The position numbers and the translations under genes are program-made. From contig CAWCPR010000012.1 in the NCBI GenBank assembly GCA_963797475.1, forward strand, positions 219,195 to 283,194: a DNA stretch of 64,000 nt, read 5' to 3'. The notes beneath the pieces were generated by a model, which did not search any database, was not told where the DNA came from, and worked only from the letters and a program-made list of their open reading frames with translations. This stretch comes from an uncultured Chloroflexia bacterium. GTDB taxonomy: Bacteria > Chloroflexota > Anaerolineae > Anaerolineales > UBA4823. This document shows positions 43,071 through 54,290 of this stretch, one piece after another (position 1 is the first letter of the stretch; each line of letters begins with the position of its first letter).

Positions 43071-46000
43071 TTCTATGGGGCTTAGGTATTTTAAGTTAGG
43101 ACTAATCTGCATTTTGGTTTTCTGGCTGCTTGTTTCAATCCCCTTCTATGGGGCTTAGGTATTTTAAGGATTTCGACAATCAGAGAAGAGCAAGCATCAA
43201 AAGTTTCAATCCCCTTCTATGGGGCTTAGGTATTTTAAGATTCAGGAGGAGTAAATGAAGACACTTGTGTTGTTTTGTTTCAATCCCCTTCTATGGGGCT
43301 TAGGTATTTTAAGCTTGCGGTCCTGCACAAGGCAACCTGAATATCAGCCTGTTTCAATCCCCTTCTATGGGGCTTAGGTATTTTAAGAAAAGCAAAGTTG
43401 AAAGTTGGGGTGTCGATGTAATAGTTTCAATCCCCTTCTATGGGGCTTAGGTATTTTAAGTGGCAGATTTGGGCGAGATGTCTTGAGCCACTATTAGGTT
43501 TCAATCCCCTTCTATGGGGCTTAGGTATTTTAAGCTGTGAAGGCTTTAGTGTGATAAAAAGTAGGTAAAAGTTTCAATCCCCTTCTATGGGGCTTAGGTA
43601 TTTTAAGTTTGAGAGGATTGTTGGATTCCGTCTAGGTGAGTTTAGTTTCAATCCCCTTCTATGGGGCTTAGGTATTTTAAGTACCCCCACAAATGTCGGT
43701 TTAATCGATAAGATTTTGTTTCAATCCCCTTCTATGGGGCTTAGGTATTTTAAGCAATGAGGACTTGGCAATGGATTGTTTTGGTATTTCGTTTCAATCC
43801 CCTTCTATGGGGCTTAGGTATTTTAAGGCCCACGCCCACGCCGGTACCAACCGAGCCAGCACGTTTCAATCCCCTTCTATGGGGCTTAGGTATTTTAAGC
43901 TATCTGCCCATGATCCTGCAACCGATGAACAACAAGTTTCAATCCCCTTCTATGGGGCTTAGGTATTTTAAGATACCTCCACCGGCGCCTGCACAGACCC
44001 CGCTTCGTTTCAATCCCCTTCTATGGGGCTTAGGTATTTTAAGTCGCCAAGGCAGTCGAAGAAGACACCAGCGCAACAAAGTTTCAATCCCCTTCTATGG
44101 GGCTTAGGTATTTTAAGTTTGGCAAAACTGCTACCCGTAGCCAGTAGCCGGTTTCAATCCCCTTCTATGGGGCTTAGGTATTTTAAGCTTGAAGCCTTTG
44201 CCCGATTCCTGCTTTATACAGGTTTCAATCCCCTTCTATGGGGCTTAGGGATTTTAAGACTGGGCATTGGCTCAGCACAATGTGGGTTCCCGGGTTTCAA
44301 TCCCCTTCTATGGGGCTTAGGTATTTTAAGAAGACACGAGCTACCATGGCTTTATGTCTGTTGAGTTTCAATCCCCTTCTATGGGGCTTAGGTATTTTAA
44401 GGGTAGCAGAACTGCGCTTACCGGATGGCCTATTAGGGTTTCAATCCCCTTCTATGGGGCTTAGGTATTTTAAGAATCGATCGCGATAATTGGGACAACC
44501 TAACTGTTGGTTTCAATCCCCTTCTATGGGGCTTAGGTATTTTAAGCTGGTTAATCCACTTTCTGTGGACGAAGAATGAGAAAGTTTCAATCCCCTTCTA
44601 TGGGGCTTAGGTATTTTAAGGTAATAAAGGTTCAAGAGTACCTCCTATGCTTTAAAGTTTCAATCCCCTTCTATGGGGCTTAGGTATTTTAAGAAACTTT
44701 TAGGGCAGAGTATCGCGCTGCACTAAAATCGTTTCAATCCCCTTCTATGGGGCTTAGGTATTTTAAGGATCTTTGGTGGGGAATCCGGTGAGGGATTCAC
44801 TGAGTTTCAATCCCCTTCTATGGGGCTTAGGGATTTTAAGCTTAAACTTGTCGTGAAAACCGGCTAAGAAATTTTTGTTTCAATCCCCTTCTATGGGGCT
44901 TAGGTATTTTAAGGTGTCCTTCGGCTTAGAAATTATAAGTCGTAAATAGTGTTTCAATCCCCTTCTATGGGGCTTAGGTATTTTAAGTGGTGGATCGCGC
45001 GAGAAAGGGACGAAGCAAGTTTCAATCCCCTTCTATGGGGCTTAGGTATTTTAAGTAAATTCAACTTCCGGATTAAAGGAGGTAACATGAAGTTTCAATC
45101 CCCTTCTATGGGGCTTAGGTATTTTAAGCCTACACACCCACACCGATCCCGGCTCCGAAGGGTTTCAATCCCCTTCTATGGGGCTTAGGTATTTTAAGGA
45201 GAGTCATCCATAGCTTTATGCGAAGGATGAAAAGTTTCAATCCCCTTCTATGGGGCTTAGGTATTTTAAGAACTTCGCCGAAAGAACGATTTAGGAGACT
45301 GGAAAGAGTTTCAATCCCCTTCTATGGGGCTTAGGTATTTTAAGTATGTACATCGTCGCAGCGCTGTTTTTGGCATTAGGTTTCAATCCCCTTCTATGGG
45401 GCTTAGGTATTTTAAGTGGAAACACCCATCGAAACACCGGTCGAAGCTACTGAGTTTCAATCCCCTTCTATGGGGCTTAGGTATTTTAAGAGATCCTCAA
45501 ATCACCGAGGTGATCCTCCTGCATGGGTTTCAATCCCCTTCTATGGGGCTTAGGTATTTTAAGGTCCCGCGACCTGGGCCGCAGCAAAATACTTCTGGAA
45601 GTTTCAATCCCCTTCTATGGGGCTTAGGTATTTTAAGCTGGACACGTAAAACAGGACGAGATTGGAACAGTTTCAATCCCCTTCTATGGGGCTTAGGTAT
45701 TTTAAGTGACAACTCAACCACTGATGTGGAAGAGCGTGAAGTTTCAATCCCCTTCTATGGGGCTTAGGTATTTTAAGTCAACGCCAAGTTGGCTGGTCTC
45801 GATTCCGCAGTCGGTTTCAATCCCCTTCTATGGGGCTTAGGTATTTTAAGCTGGTACCAGAGCTTCTGCTTGCGCCGCTGGTCTTCGTTTCAATCCCCTT
45901 CTATGGGGCTTAGGTATTTTAAGCGCGCGAAACTTCCATCATTTTTCTCCCCCTTTACGTTTCAATCCCCTTCTATGGGGCTTAGGTATTTTAAGGTTCG

Positions 46001-47928
46001 CACCCTGCGCCGATCGGCTGCCCCGCCGGTTTCAATCCCCTTCTATGGGGCTTAGGTATTTTAAGAACCCGCTGCCCCCGCTAACAACAAGGCTGCCGGT
46101 TTCAATCCCCTTCTATGGGGCTTAGGTATTTTAAGCAGTAACGTGGACGCCAGCGCCAAGCGTAACGCCGGTTTCAATCCCCTTCTATGGGGCTTAGGGT
46201 ATTTTAAGGGGGCTATTATCGGGGCTCTAGTGGGATATTTGTGTTTCAATCCCCTTCTATGGGGCTTAGGTATTTTAAGAGGGCCTACGGGTTGGGTGAG
46301 GTTGAGGGCGACTGTTTCAATCCCCTTCTATGGGGCTTAGGTATTTTAAGTCGCTCCGACTGCCGGCCTGCCCGCCGCACCAGTTGTGTTTCAATCCCCT
46401 TCTATGGGGCTTAGGTATTTTAAGTAACCCCCACCGTTTCCGCCGTTACCTGGCCGGAAAGTTTCAATCCCCTTCTATGGGGCTTAGGGATTTTAAGGCC
46501 GGAGGCTGTGCCAGAATGAAAGGAAAGGAAATGTTTCAATCCCCTTCTATGGGGCTTAGGTATTTTAAGACAAATGGAAGGCGGAATAAGTCCGTTGAGT
46601 GAGTTTCAATCCCCTTCTATGGGGCTTAGGTATTTTAAGAAGGCTGGAGTTGCTCTCCAGACTTGCGCTAGAGTTTCAATCCCCTTCTATGGGGCTTAGG
46701 TATTTTAAGCAAAAGCTAGTTTCTTGAAGAGGAGGACGTAGAGTCTTGTTTCAATCCCCTTCTATGGGGCTTAGGTATTTTAAGACCCGACTATTAATGT
46801 CAAGACAGGTGATAATATTGTTTCAATCCCCTTCTATGGGGCTTAGGTATTTTAAGATCCCCGTGCCGATACCAACCCCAGTACCAACACTGTTTCAATC
46901 CCCTTCTATGGGGCTTAGGTATTTTAAGTTCCGCCGACGCCGGGTGGTGGTCCTGATTGGGTAAAGTTTCAATCCCCTTCTATGGGGCTTAGGTATTTTA
47001 AGATCTTCGACGGATTCGAGTGGCATATTCCATACGGTTTCAATCCCCTTCTATGGGGCTTAGGTATTTTAAGGATCGCGCTCCAGCCAAAAAGAAAGCC
47101 CACGAATACGTTTCAATCCCCTTCTATGGGGCTTAGGTATTTTAAAGAAGACTTCGGAAGCTTGATCTGATCGCTCTCATTGAGTTTCAATCCCCTTCTA
47201 TGGGGCTTAGGTATTTTAAGGACTCTGTGCCAGTCAGCGGAGCCGAACAACCCCAAGTTTCAATCCCCTTCTATGGGGCTTAGGTATTTTAAGCAAAGGC
47301 ACCCACAGTTACTTTTATGCCCACCCCGGGTTTCAATCCCCTTCTATGGGGCTTAGGATTTTAAGGCGGGAAGTCGCTCGACTTCGTCGAGAACATGACC
47401 AGTTTCAATCCCCTTCTATGGGGCTTAGGTATTTTAAGGATCCCAGCACGCTGGTGATCACGGGGAGCGGCCAGTTTCAATCCCCTTCTATGGGGCTTAG
47501 GTATTTTAAGTGCCGGAACCATTAAATCCGAACCAGCTGAGGAGATGTTTCAATCCCCTTCTATGGGGCTTAGGTATTTTAAGGAGAGAGGACTTGGACT
47601 TCGGGTTCAAGCAAGGGATGTTTCAATCCCCTTCTATGGGGCTTAGGTATTTTAAGTCCTACCCTTCAACGTTGGGGATTGGACATAATTGAGTTTCAAT
47701 CCCCTTCTATGGGGCTTAGGTATTTTAAGTGGAGCACTGGTCTTTGGCCGATGTTCTCAAGATAGTTTCAATCCCCTTCTATGGGGCTTAGGTATTTTAA
47801 GTCTTGTCCGTATCTTACTGGCCATTCTGGTGCTAATGTTTCAATCCCCTTCTATGGGGCTTAGGTATTTTAAGCCATCCGCGAGACCTTGGTCCACGCT
47901 CACGGCTGTAGTTTCAATCCCCTTCTAT

Positions 47929-49775
47929 GAGGGTTGGACCAGTCAATAGACTGGTTACGAAAACCGTAATCAGTGCCTGCTCTACCATATCATCTACAGC
48001 CAAAAACGTAATCAGTCATTCTTCTGGTTACGTTTTTTCGTAACCGGTGCGTAACCGGTCGGTCCGGTGTTTGAGAAAAGCGTAACCAGTCCGAGGACTG
48101 ATTACGCTGCCTCACCCGTCCTCTCCGGGGCTAAAATGGGGATACGCCTATCCGTTTTTAGCCAAAAAGGAGAGAAAACCATGTTTGGCAAGCCAATTGT
48201 ATCCCGTTTTTCGCACCTGACGCGGCGTTTCCGAAGCGCGAGGCTCAAGAGGCCGGACCTGCACAGCGCCTGGAAGCAGCGCCAGTGCCTGCCGGATTTT
48301 GTGCAGAGACTCCCCGGTTGCGCAGCGTTACCTGGACTTGCTGGGGCCACTGCACTGGGACCGCCTGCCCGAGCGCAATTTGACGCGCAACTGGGGCCAA
48401 CCCGCCACGCCCTACGCCGCTTTCATTGCCGCTTATCTGCTCAAGCTGAATGAAGGCAAAAAATCGCTGGTTGATCTGCGGGTTTCATTGCTCGAACATC
48501 CGGAACTGATCTGGCTGCTGGGATTCCCGCTGCTGGTTTCATACCCCGCCAAACTGGGGTTTGACGTAGAGGCCAGCTTGCCTACCTCCCGCCATCTGAG
48601 CCGCATGCTGCGCGAAATGCCCAACACCGTGCTCCAGTTCCTGCTGGCCAACTCGGTGCGACTGATCCGGGAAGAATTACGCCAACACGAAATCGAAGTG
48701 GGCGTGTGCATCAGCATGGATACGAAGCACATTTTGGCGTGGGTTTGCGAGAACAACCCCAAAGCCTATGTGGAGAACCGCTTCGACAAGACCCAACAAC
48801 CTGCCGGCGATCCGGACTGCAAGCTGGGCTGCAAACGCCGCCACAACCGCCGCAAAGCCGAGAGCGATTTGGAAGTTTCCTCAACACCCACCAAGAACCC
48901 GATCCCGGCCAGAGACAAGGCTGTGGGGGAGTTTTATTGGGGGTATGGCTCGGGCGTTGTGGTCTCCAAGGTGCCTGGCTGGGGCGAAGTGGTGCTGGCC
49001 GAGCTGACCCAAACCTTCGATCGGGCGGATGTATCTTACTTCTTCCCGCTCATGACCGCCACCGAGCAGCGCCTGGGATTTCAGCCGCGCTTTGCCACCT
49101 TCGATGCGGCATTTGATGCGTGGTACGTATACGATTATTTTCATCGCAGCGATGATCCAGCGGCTTTTGCGGCCGTGCCTTTCTCCGAAAAAGGCGGCTA
49201 CAAGGCCAAAGGCCGCTCCTTCAGCACCGAAGGTCTACCCATCTGTGCTGCTAGATTGCCCATGCCGCTCCGTTTCACCTTCACAGACCGCACCACCTGC
49301 CTGGTGGAGCATGAGCGCGGTAAATATGTCTGCCCGCTGCGCTACCCACAACCCACCGCCGAGGCCTGCCCGGTCAACCACAAAACCTGGGAAAAGCAGG
49401 GCTGCACAGTGATGATGCCCACGAGTATCGGCGCTCGCCTGCGTTACACCCTGGACCGAGATGGTCAAGCCTACAAATCCATCTACAAGCAGCGCACCGC
49501 AGTAGAACGCATCAACAGCCAGGCGGTCGAGCTGGGCATCGAGCGGCCACACATCCGCAATGGCGCTGCGATTGCCAACCAGAACACCATGATCTACATC
49601 CTGATCAATTTGCGCTTGCTACAGCGTATCCGAAGCCATAAGCCTGAAAATGGCTGATTTGTTAAAGAACTGGATTGGCTGAAAGCCAAAAGCGTAATCA
49701 GTGATTTGACTGGTTACGCTTTTTTTGTCCAAAACGTAACCAGTGGCGTAATCAGTCCTGACTCGTCCAACCCTC
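47929..49775 (+). mobile_element. insertion sequence ('IS-B') inserted in a CRISPR repeat
   Basis: Perfect TIR GAGGGTTGGAC; duplicated target CTTCTAT (47922-47928 / 49776-49782). Confidence 0.92.
48181..49657 (+). CDS. DDE transposase, diverged paralog of IS-A (frameshift near 48305)
   Basis: SMDTKH, GDPDCKLGCKR, FYWGYG, FDAAFDA, RTAVERINS. ATG 48181 (GGAG RBS) is one base out of frame with the 48299 ORF. Confidence 0.85.
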
Positions 49776-51907
49776 CTTCTATGGGGCTTAGGTATTTTAA
49801 GAAACCCCAGCCTCCCAAGCCGGAGAAACCGGCAACTAGTTTCAATCCCCTTCTATGGGGCTTAGGTATTTTAAGCCTCAAACCAAGAAAACCTCGAAAT
49901 AAGGAGATAGAACGTTTCAATCCCCTTCTATGGGGCTTAGGTATTTTAAGAAGGGAAAGACGTTCTCTTGGTACCAGCACTGTTTAGTTTCAATCCCCTT
50001 CTATGGGGCTTAGGTATTTTAAGAAGCAGGTGTCACCGGCACTGACGGCTTGTACTACACGTTTCAATCCCCTTCTATGGGGCTTAGGTATTTTAAGCAA
50101 GTACGTCTTGGAGCAAAGGCTCATCGAAGAAAGTTTCAATCCCCTTCTATGGGGCTTAGGTATTTTAAGAGCGCAAGGGTCTAACCCCCCGAATGACCAC
50201 ACGTTTCAATCCCCTTCTATGGGGCTTAGGTATTTTAAGCTCGAGGACGATTTAACGAGTGGCGAACGAGCCAGAGTTTCAATCCCCTTCTATGGGGCTT
50301 AGGTATTTTAAGCAAGACGCCTCCCCCGCCGACCACAACTCCCGCTGGTTTCAATCCCCTTCTATGGGGCTTAGGTATTTTAAGAATCCGAGACTGCAAA
50401 CTGTGGAGAGCCACCCACGTTTCAATCCCCTTCTATGGGGCTTAGGTATTTTAAGCCGCAGCAGTGTTGGCATGGGCAACGTGGGAACTCGTTTCAATCC
50501 CCTTCTATGGGGCTTAGGTATTTTAAGTAGCCAATAACGGCGAGTCCGGAAATGTCACGACGTTTCAATCCCCTTCTATGGGGCTTAGGTATTTTAAGCA
50601 GGCGCGGTGATAACAATTACCGAGCAGGTCAAGAGTTTCAATCCCCTTCTATGGGGCTTAGGTATTTTAAGATGCACCTCCTCCGCCACAGGAATACCTG
50701 CTGAGTTTCAATCCCCTTCTATGGGGCTTAGGTATTTTAAGTATCCGGGCCCGGGTGGAGGAAACAAGCCCGCAAGTTTCAATCCCCTTCTATGGGGCTT
50801 AGGTATTTTAAGCCATGCAAGATGGAGTAGTCGATTGGGCGGGATATGTTTCAATCCCCTTCTATGGGGCTTAGGTATTTTAAGCCGCGTTGGTCTGCTC
50901 CTGCTGGTTGCTGGCGTGATTGTTTCAATCCCCTTCTATGGGGCTTAGGTATTTTAAGAAAGACCTTTCTATGACTGGCAACGCGTGTTCGCTTGGTTTC
51001 AATCCCCTTCTATGGGGCTTAGGTATTTTAAGACACTGCGCTCCCCCAACGCTCACCCCCACGGTGACGGTTTCAATCCCCTTCTATGGGGCTTAGGTAT
51101 TTTAAGTTTTTGCGACAACCCTTGGTCGAACCAGTGGCCCGGGTTTCAATCCCCTTCTATGGGGCTTAGGTATTTTAAGCAGCACCGTCACTGGCCAGAA
51201 CATTGTCGTAAATGGTTTCAATCCCCTTCTATGGGGCTTAGGTATTTTAAGGGGTCGAGACCGAAGCAATCCTCGGCAACTGTCCTATGTTTCAATCCCC
51301 TTCTATGGGGCTTAGGTATTTTAAGTTACGGGCGAAAACATCATCTGGGACCACTGCAAGTGGGTTTCAATCCCCTTCTATGGGGCTTAGGTATTTTAAG
51401 AAAGGTCACTCAGTTGGCCCCTCCCTTGAGAAAGGAGAGTTTCAATCCCCTTCTATGGGGCTTAGGTATTTTAAGTTGTGGGGCAAAACTGCCCGGGGGT
51501 GATATCTTGTTTCAATCCCCTTCTATGGGGCTTAGGTATTTTAAGTCGCAATTTTAACGATCCAAGCAATTCGTGCAAGTTTCAATCCCCTTCTATGGGG
51601 CTTAGGTATTTTAAGTCAGCGGTAGCAGCGATGCAGATATTGCGGGGGTCAAGTTTCAATCCCCTTCTATGGGGCTTAGGTATTTTAAGCGGGGAGCCGG
51701 CGGAAGAACCGTCAAGTACATCGTGTTTCAATCCCCTTCTATGGGGCTTAGGTATTTTAAGTTTTGATTTAGATTAAGGAGAAATTAGACAATGCTAGTT
51801 TCAATCCCCTTCTATGGGGCTTAGGTATTTTAAGCCTCACCCCTGAGCAGCAGAAAGCTCAGCGAGACCTGTTTCAATCCCCTTCTATGGGGCTTAGGTA
51901 TTTTAAG

Positions 51908-52200
51908 ACTATCCTAAATATCTCTTCGATCCGCTTGTTTTCTAATTATACCTCTCTGGTCCACGCGATTGTGCCGGCTTTGCGAACGACCTTCTGATGA
52001 ACGATAAAAAGCTTTGAAATGGCCCAATATGCTCATTTCACTATCTTCAAAATCTCTCGATTTCACTCCGATTCTCATCCGTTTGCACAAAAGCTCGCGT
52101 TGCGAAGGGTATTCGCTCGGAAGTGAATGCGTTCACGAGTGCTCGACGCTTTCGATAAACAAAATCATGCAGGATGGAATGCTCGGTTTGTTGGGCAAAC
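51908..52200 (-). promoter_or_regulatory. CRISPR leader region
   Basis: Non-coding, AT-richer stretch between the last intact repeat and the adaptation operon; boundaries are approximate. Confidence 0.65.
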
Positions 52201-52243
52201 AGCGAATGTTCGCCGTTTCTGGGCCAGAGAATTATTCGGATTC

Positions 52244-53906
52244 CTACCGGCGAACCTCCGAGCAATCATTGTACACGCATAATTTTAACCGATCCAGGCG
52301 GAAAGTGCGGTTTGCGCGGCGGGTGTGGCAGTAAGCGATCAGATAGAGCCGTTCCCCGCGCGGCTCCACCATCAGAGGCGTCAGATGGCGGTACTCTGCA
52401 GAGTGGCGCCCAGAAGCTTTGTAAAGCACGTCGATCGATTCTTCGCGGTCAATCGCCCCTTAAATCGCCATCACCATTTCTTCCGAAGGCGGCTCAGGAG
52501 GATCACTTTCAGGAATCCATTCAGGCTGTGGTTTGATTTGCTGCCGGTCGAGAATCGACCGCAGCATGGCAGTGGCTTTACGAGCGGCGGCGGCGCGTAA
52601 TGAATGATCCAGATTCCCGATTAATTTGGAAAGCAGGCCGGGAGGCGAAACAGCCGCATTTTGAAGGCTTTCGGCCAGCAGCATCAGGCTGAGCAGGTAG
52701 GTATGGTCTGATTTGTTCAGGGTTTTGGGCGTGGATTTGGACCTGGCTTCCGGCCCGAGCACTTCTGGGTTATTTTGCAGATAGGTTAGTTGGATGATGG
52801 AGAGATCGTGATCGGAGATTAGCCCCCGCCTCCCAAGTTGTTGCAGGATACGCTGCGCCTGCCACGAGTTCCAGAGCCACGTGGCGCGGTGAGAGCAGGT
52901 GTTCCAGGTCGCGCCGGAGCCCGGGGGATTTTCGCAAGGTTTTCAGTTCTTCCGGGTCAGTGAATTCCAGTACCGGACCGGGAATTACACGGATGGTTGG
53001 TTCATCCGCAAGACGCTGAGTTAACGCAGCTGGCGGTTTTTCGCCCAGGCCGCGCTCGAGAATTTCCGGCAATGAAGGCAAGTGTGGCGAACTCGTTCTC
53101 CTGATAGGGACGAGCTGTTCTGTAACATCTCGCTGAGCTGCCAGCCGTAGGGCCGGTGTATCCAGCACGTAAACGCCCGGCGCGGTCGGGTCTAGATATC
53201 TTTCGAGCTCCCATAATAAATCCCAGGCAGGCGGGAAAGGTATTTTTAATACCTGGTCGTTCTCCAGGCTCCAGCGCTCGGGAGGCAGGTCAACGAACTG
53301 ACCGGCGCCTGAGCCTTCCAGCAATGCCGCGCCCAGTGGGGTTAACTGCTCTCCCTCGCAGAGCCCCAAAGCCTGCAATCCCACCAGCTCCTGGCGGTGG
53401 GCGGCGCCTAGCGGCGGGGCGCCTGAAGAGGCCTGACTCAAATCCATTCCATCCACCAGCCGGCGCAAAAGTTCTTTGCGGAGGTTGCGGTATTTTTCTC
53501 CCGTTGGCGCCTGCAGCCAGGCCTCCAACAGATGGGAAATCTGGCGCAGAAAAGGCCAGGAAAACCATTCTTGCACCAGGAGCGTAGGATAAGGCGCCTC
53601 GTCCTCATCCAATAAGGAGGCTGATTGGCACAAGCGCAACCAAAATGAAGTGCGGGGTATGGGGCGGGGCGGCGCGGTAGGTCGGCGCGATGCAGCCGAA
53701 CGGAACTCCGGATCGGATCCGGTCATTTCCGTCTGTTCTTCTGCAAGGCTGTGTACTTCAGCCAGGCTCCGCAGCCCGCGCCGTTTCAATACAGTCCTGA
53801 GGGTTTGAACATCCGCGCCTTCCCCTTTTCGAAAAACGCGGCGAACTACGCTTAACAGATTGAAGATGTATTCAATCGGCAGGTAGTCAATTCGTCGCAT
53901 GGTCAT
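52244..53906 (-). CDS. WYL-domain protein with helicase-associated (Helicase_C_3-like) region, split by two frameshifts (~52870, ~52465)
   Basis: C-terminal YRHLTPLMVE...LYLIAYCHTRRANRTFRLDRL is a WYL signature. ORFs 52770-53906, 52460-52762 and 52244-52429 read through as one protein after two single-base corrections. Confidence 0.72.
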
Positions 53907-53940
53907 TTCGCCAGATAGTCAGGTAGTCGTTCGTCAAGTA

Positions 53941-53980
53941 GTCTGATAGTCGCAATTCGCTGACCAGGCGACTATCAGAC
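53941..53980. promoter_or_regulatory. 13-bp perfect inverted repeat between cas2 and the WYL gene
   Basis: GTCTGATAGTCGC-N14-GCGACTATCAGAC, plus several TAGTC direct copies at 53884-53951. Confidence 0.5.
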
Positions 53981-54003
53981 GATACGACGATGAGACAATA
54001 GGA

Positions 54004-54288
54004 CTATTGAATGAAAAACGTCCTCTCTTCGGTTAATCTTCCAGCGCCGATGACGATGGTCCGTCCCACGTCTTCTGCGCCAATAAAGTAGAAGCGGATC
54101 GTATCCTGGGCTTCGCGTACGAAGGGCTTCAGGCGTTTCTTCAGTTTTTCGATCTGCGCCGGCAGCAGGCGGCATTCGAACACGCTGTACTGCACGCGCG
54201 TCCCGAAATCTTCCAGCGTTTTCGCCGCTTTCGTCCGGCGGTTATCATTGCTGATGTCATAACTGACGATGAGGAATTGTTTGGTCAT
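54004..54288 (-). CDS. cas2: CRISPR-associated endonuclease Cas2
   Basis: IVSYDIS...RR.K..K.LEDFGTRVQYSVFEC...DTIRFY. Confidence 0.97.
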   Translation of the reverse strand: MTKQFLIVSYDISNDNRRTKAAKTLEDFGTRVQYSVFECRLLPAQIEKLKKRLKPFVREAQDTIRFYFIGAEDVGRTIVIGAGRLTEERTFFIQ

Positions 54289-54290
54289 TC

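Larger units (their letters stand above)
40711..51907 (-). CRISPR. large CRISPR array (~101 spacers) split by IS elements into 40711-41088, 43071-47928 and 49776-51907
   Basis: 37-bp repeat GTTTCAATCCCCTTCTATGGGGCTTAGGTATTTTAAG; hand count of 5+67+29 spacers of ~31-41 bp. The minus strand ends in ATTGAAAC and the leader lies on the cas side. Confidence 0.98.

Noticed and set aside
40621-51777. Many short ORFs with FNPLLWGLGIL / FQSPSMGLRYFK repeats
   Set aside because: They are translations of the CRISPR repeat, not proteins.
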